In this document: one piece after another, positions 34,804-36,420 of the stretch
Layout: every line of letters starts with the position of its first letter
Position numbering within the stretch: position 1 is the stretch's first letter
Assembly: GCF_006345805.1 (NCBI RefSeq)
Contig: NW_021835915.1
Coordinates: 1 to 36,420, forward strand
Source of the DNA: Octopus sinensis
Taxonomy: Eukaryota
DNA: 36,420 nt
Direction of reading: 5' to 3'
Notes under the pieces: generated by a model
The model's database searches: none
What the model was told of the DNA's origin: nothing
What the model saw: the letters and a program-made list of their open reading frames with translations, nothing else
Made by a program: the position numbers and the translations under genes

Positions 34804-35690
34804 ATGCATCCTTGCACGTTTAAATCATGTGACAAGTCATTTACTCGTCCATACAAATTAGAAGCACACATTCGAACACATTTAGACGAGTAATGACTAA
34901 TTATAACAAAAATATTAATAGAGACCATATATCTGCAATATTGACTGGTGTAACAAAGCATATACACGCAAACAACATTATTAAGACATCAATCCATCAG
35001 TCATCCCACCAAACCACAAGAATAACAAAATTAAAGTTATAGCATTTTTAAAATTTAAAGTTGTCCATTCGAGGATTGTAATGCCACTTTTGTGTGTCTG
35101 AACAAACCTTATCTCGACACAAAATAGATTTCATTCATTCAATTTGAGCTGAAATGTAACTTCAATCAATGTGATGCCACATTTCAATAAAAGACAACTT
35201 TTTTGTCACACCAGGAAACATGTGAGGGATAATATTTACCAGGAACAATTTTGTGTCCACAAACGTCAACATAAACAGAAGGGTATATTCAAATACTATT
35301 TGTATTTTAAATTTTTAGTCGAATTTTAATATATATTAAATTAATAATGTTTTTAACAGAATTTATTTGTGGTCATTGTGGTACGTCTTTTTCATCAAAA
35401 CGATCACTACACTCACACAATCAAATATGTCTTTTTGTGCAATACGATAAAAACTAAAAGTTTTTACTTGCGAATTTCCCCTCTGCTTAAAAAATACACA
35501 ACAAAGTCCAATCTTCAAAGCCATATAAATCGAATACATAAAGGGGTCACTTTTCCTTGTAAATTTGGAGATGGGTGCTCTTTGACTTTTTCTTCTAAAG
35601 TAGAATTTATTCTACTAATATGATAGCAAAAAATGAATGAACATTATAAAAATGTACATAAATAATATTATTTTATATTATTTTTTTAAT
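34804..35690 (+). pseudogene. Multi-C2H2 zinc-finger gene (TFIIIA-like), frame-disrupted, with micro-introns
   Basis: MHPCTFKSCDKSFTRPYKLEAHIRTH...RPYIC...CNKAYTRKQH, CPFEDCNATF, CNFNQCDATF, CGHCGTSF, KSNLQSHINRIH, FPCKFGDGC. A damaged splice donor at ~34890 and several 1-nt indels. TFIIIA identity is only suggested by finger spacing. Confidence 0.75.
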
Positions 35691-36420
35691 AAAATGTTTG
35701 ATATTTTAAATGTTTCTTGTTGGATATTTGATGATATTTTTTCTTACGTAAAAAACTGAATTATGTTTTTTGAGCTTAAAATATATAGATAGTTTGTTAA
35801 TTTATTTTTCTACGTAAATACTGTCCTGGGAATTTGGTCGGCCGGTTTACGTCACTGGTGCTGAGACATTCTTTTTCACCAAATTAAAATTATTATGGAA
35901 TAATTAATCCTTTAAATATTATTTTGAATTTATTTTAATAAGATTCAATGTTTTGTTACTAGTGCCTGATGGCATGTTCCTGAAGAAATAGTATTGAAGG
36001 TAACCTATGCTATTTAGGTGACGGAGTAATTAGAGAACTATTTTGAGAACGCTTGAATTACTTGTGTTGAATTTTGACAGTAAAACTTGGAATACTTCCC
36101 TATTAAGATTTTCGCTGTCTCAAACATACCATCGGCATACACCACGAAATTTGAGCACAATATTAATTACTAAATTTGAACGGAAAGATGTCTGATGAAT
36201 TTAGAAACGATATTCAATAACATGTCAAATACAAAGTGTCGGCCAAGAAATCCGAGTTGCTTCGGAAACACCTACGTGGTCCTCTTCAAAAGAATTTGGA
36301 TTCGATACCCATCGGATATTGCACTAAATAACTCAAGTTAAAATAGTTTTTTTTTCTAATCTAAAAAATCCAGTCCAGATCTGCGAAACGCGCCAGGGCG
36401 CGAAGTCAATGCTTAAATAC

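Noticed and set aside
45-34967. Many short ORFs in the track (e.g. 45-275, 1792-2091, 3535-3807, 4276-4536, 7910-8176, 7544-7852, 11008-11304, 20061-20255, 27644-27904, 30370-30687, 34785-34967)
   Set aside because: They are antisense or off-frame shadows of identified genes or elements, or low-complexity AT-rich frames without motifs.
5785-35690. Alternative genetic code or programmed frameshifting rescuing the broken genes
   Set aside because: TAA, TAG and TGA all occur in frame, alongside indels, splice-site mutations, deletions and a TE insertion. EB1 is open under the standard code and ends in TAG.
5785-35690. All gene disruptions are sequencing or assembly errors
   Set aside because: EB1 is clean over 766 bp, and a TSD-flanked insertion, large deletions and substitution stops are not typical read errors. 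Single indels (e.g. in basonuclin) could still be errors.
36050-36350. Possible retroelement or gene remnant near the window end
   Set aside because: No recognisable motif in any frame; multiple stops.
1-36420. rRNA, tRNA or spliced-leader RNA genes
   Set aside because: I could not recognise any cloverleaf, rRNA-like segment or Sm-site/SL structure by eye; a covariance-model search would be needed to exclude them.

Overview
AT-rich eukaryotic nuclear DNA from an animal with very small spliceosomal introns (mostly 20-31 nt). Metazoan-type EB1, Axin and basonuclin point to a reduced animal parasite such as a dicyemid or myxozoan; this is an inference. One gene is clearly intact: EB1/MAPRE (4019-4784, minus strand, 3 micro-introns). 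Five intron-containing, decayed copies of conserved host genes lie on the plus strand: RAD54, basonuclin/disco, Axin (split by a hAT with a perfect 8-bp TSD), a MAK-kinase 5' fragment and a TFIIIA-like zinc-finger gene. The rest is a dense mix of transposons: 3 pogo/Tigger, a self-nested Merlin, 2 hAT, a Ginger2-like integrase element, 2 complete non-autonomous Helitrons, 4 CRE-like RLE 3' fragments, and RTE, jockey-like and NeSL-like remnants. The 3.4-kb, ~95-bp tandem array is not a CRISPR. It is an internal repeat of a Helitron that itself sits inside the Ginger element, and a diverged sister Helitron carries 6 copies of the same repeat. All family assignments come from motifs recognised by eye, not from database searches.
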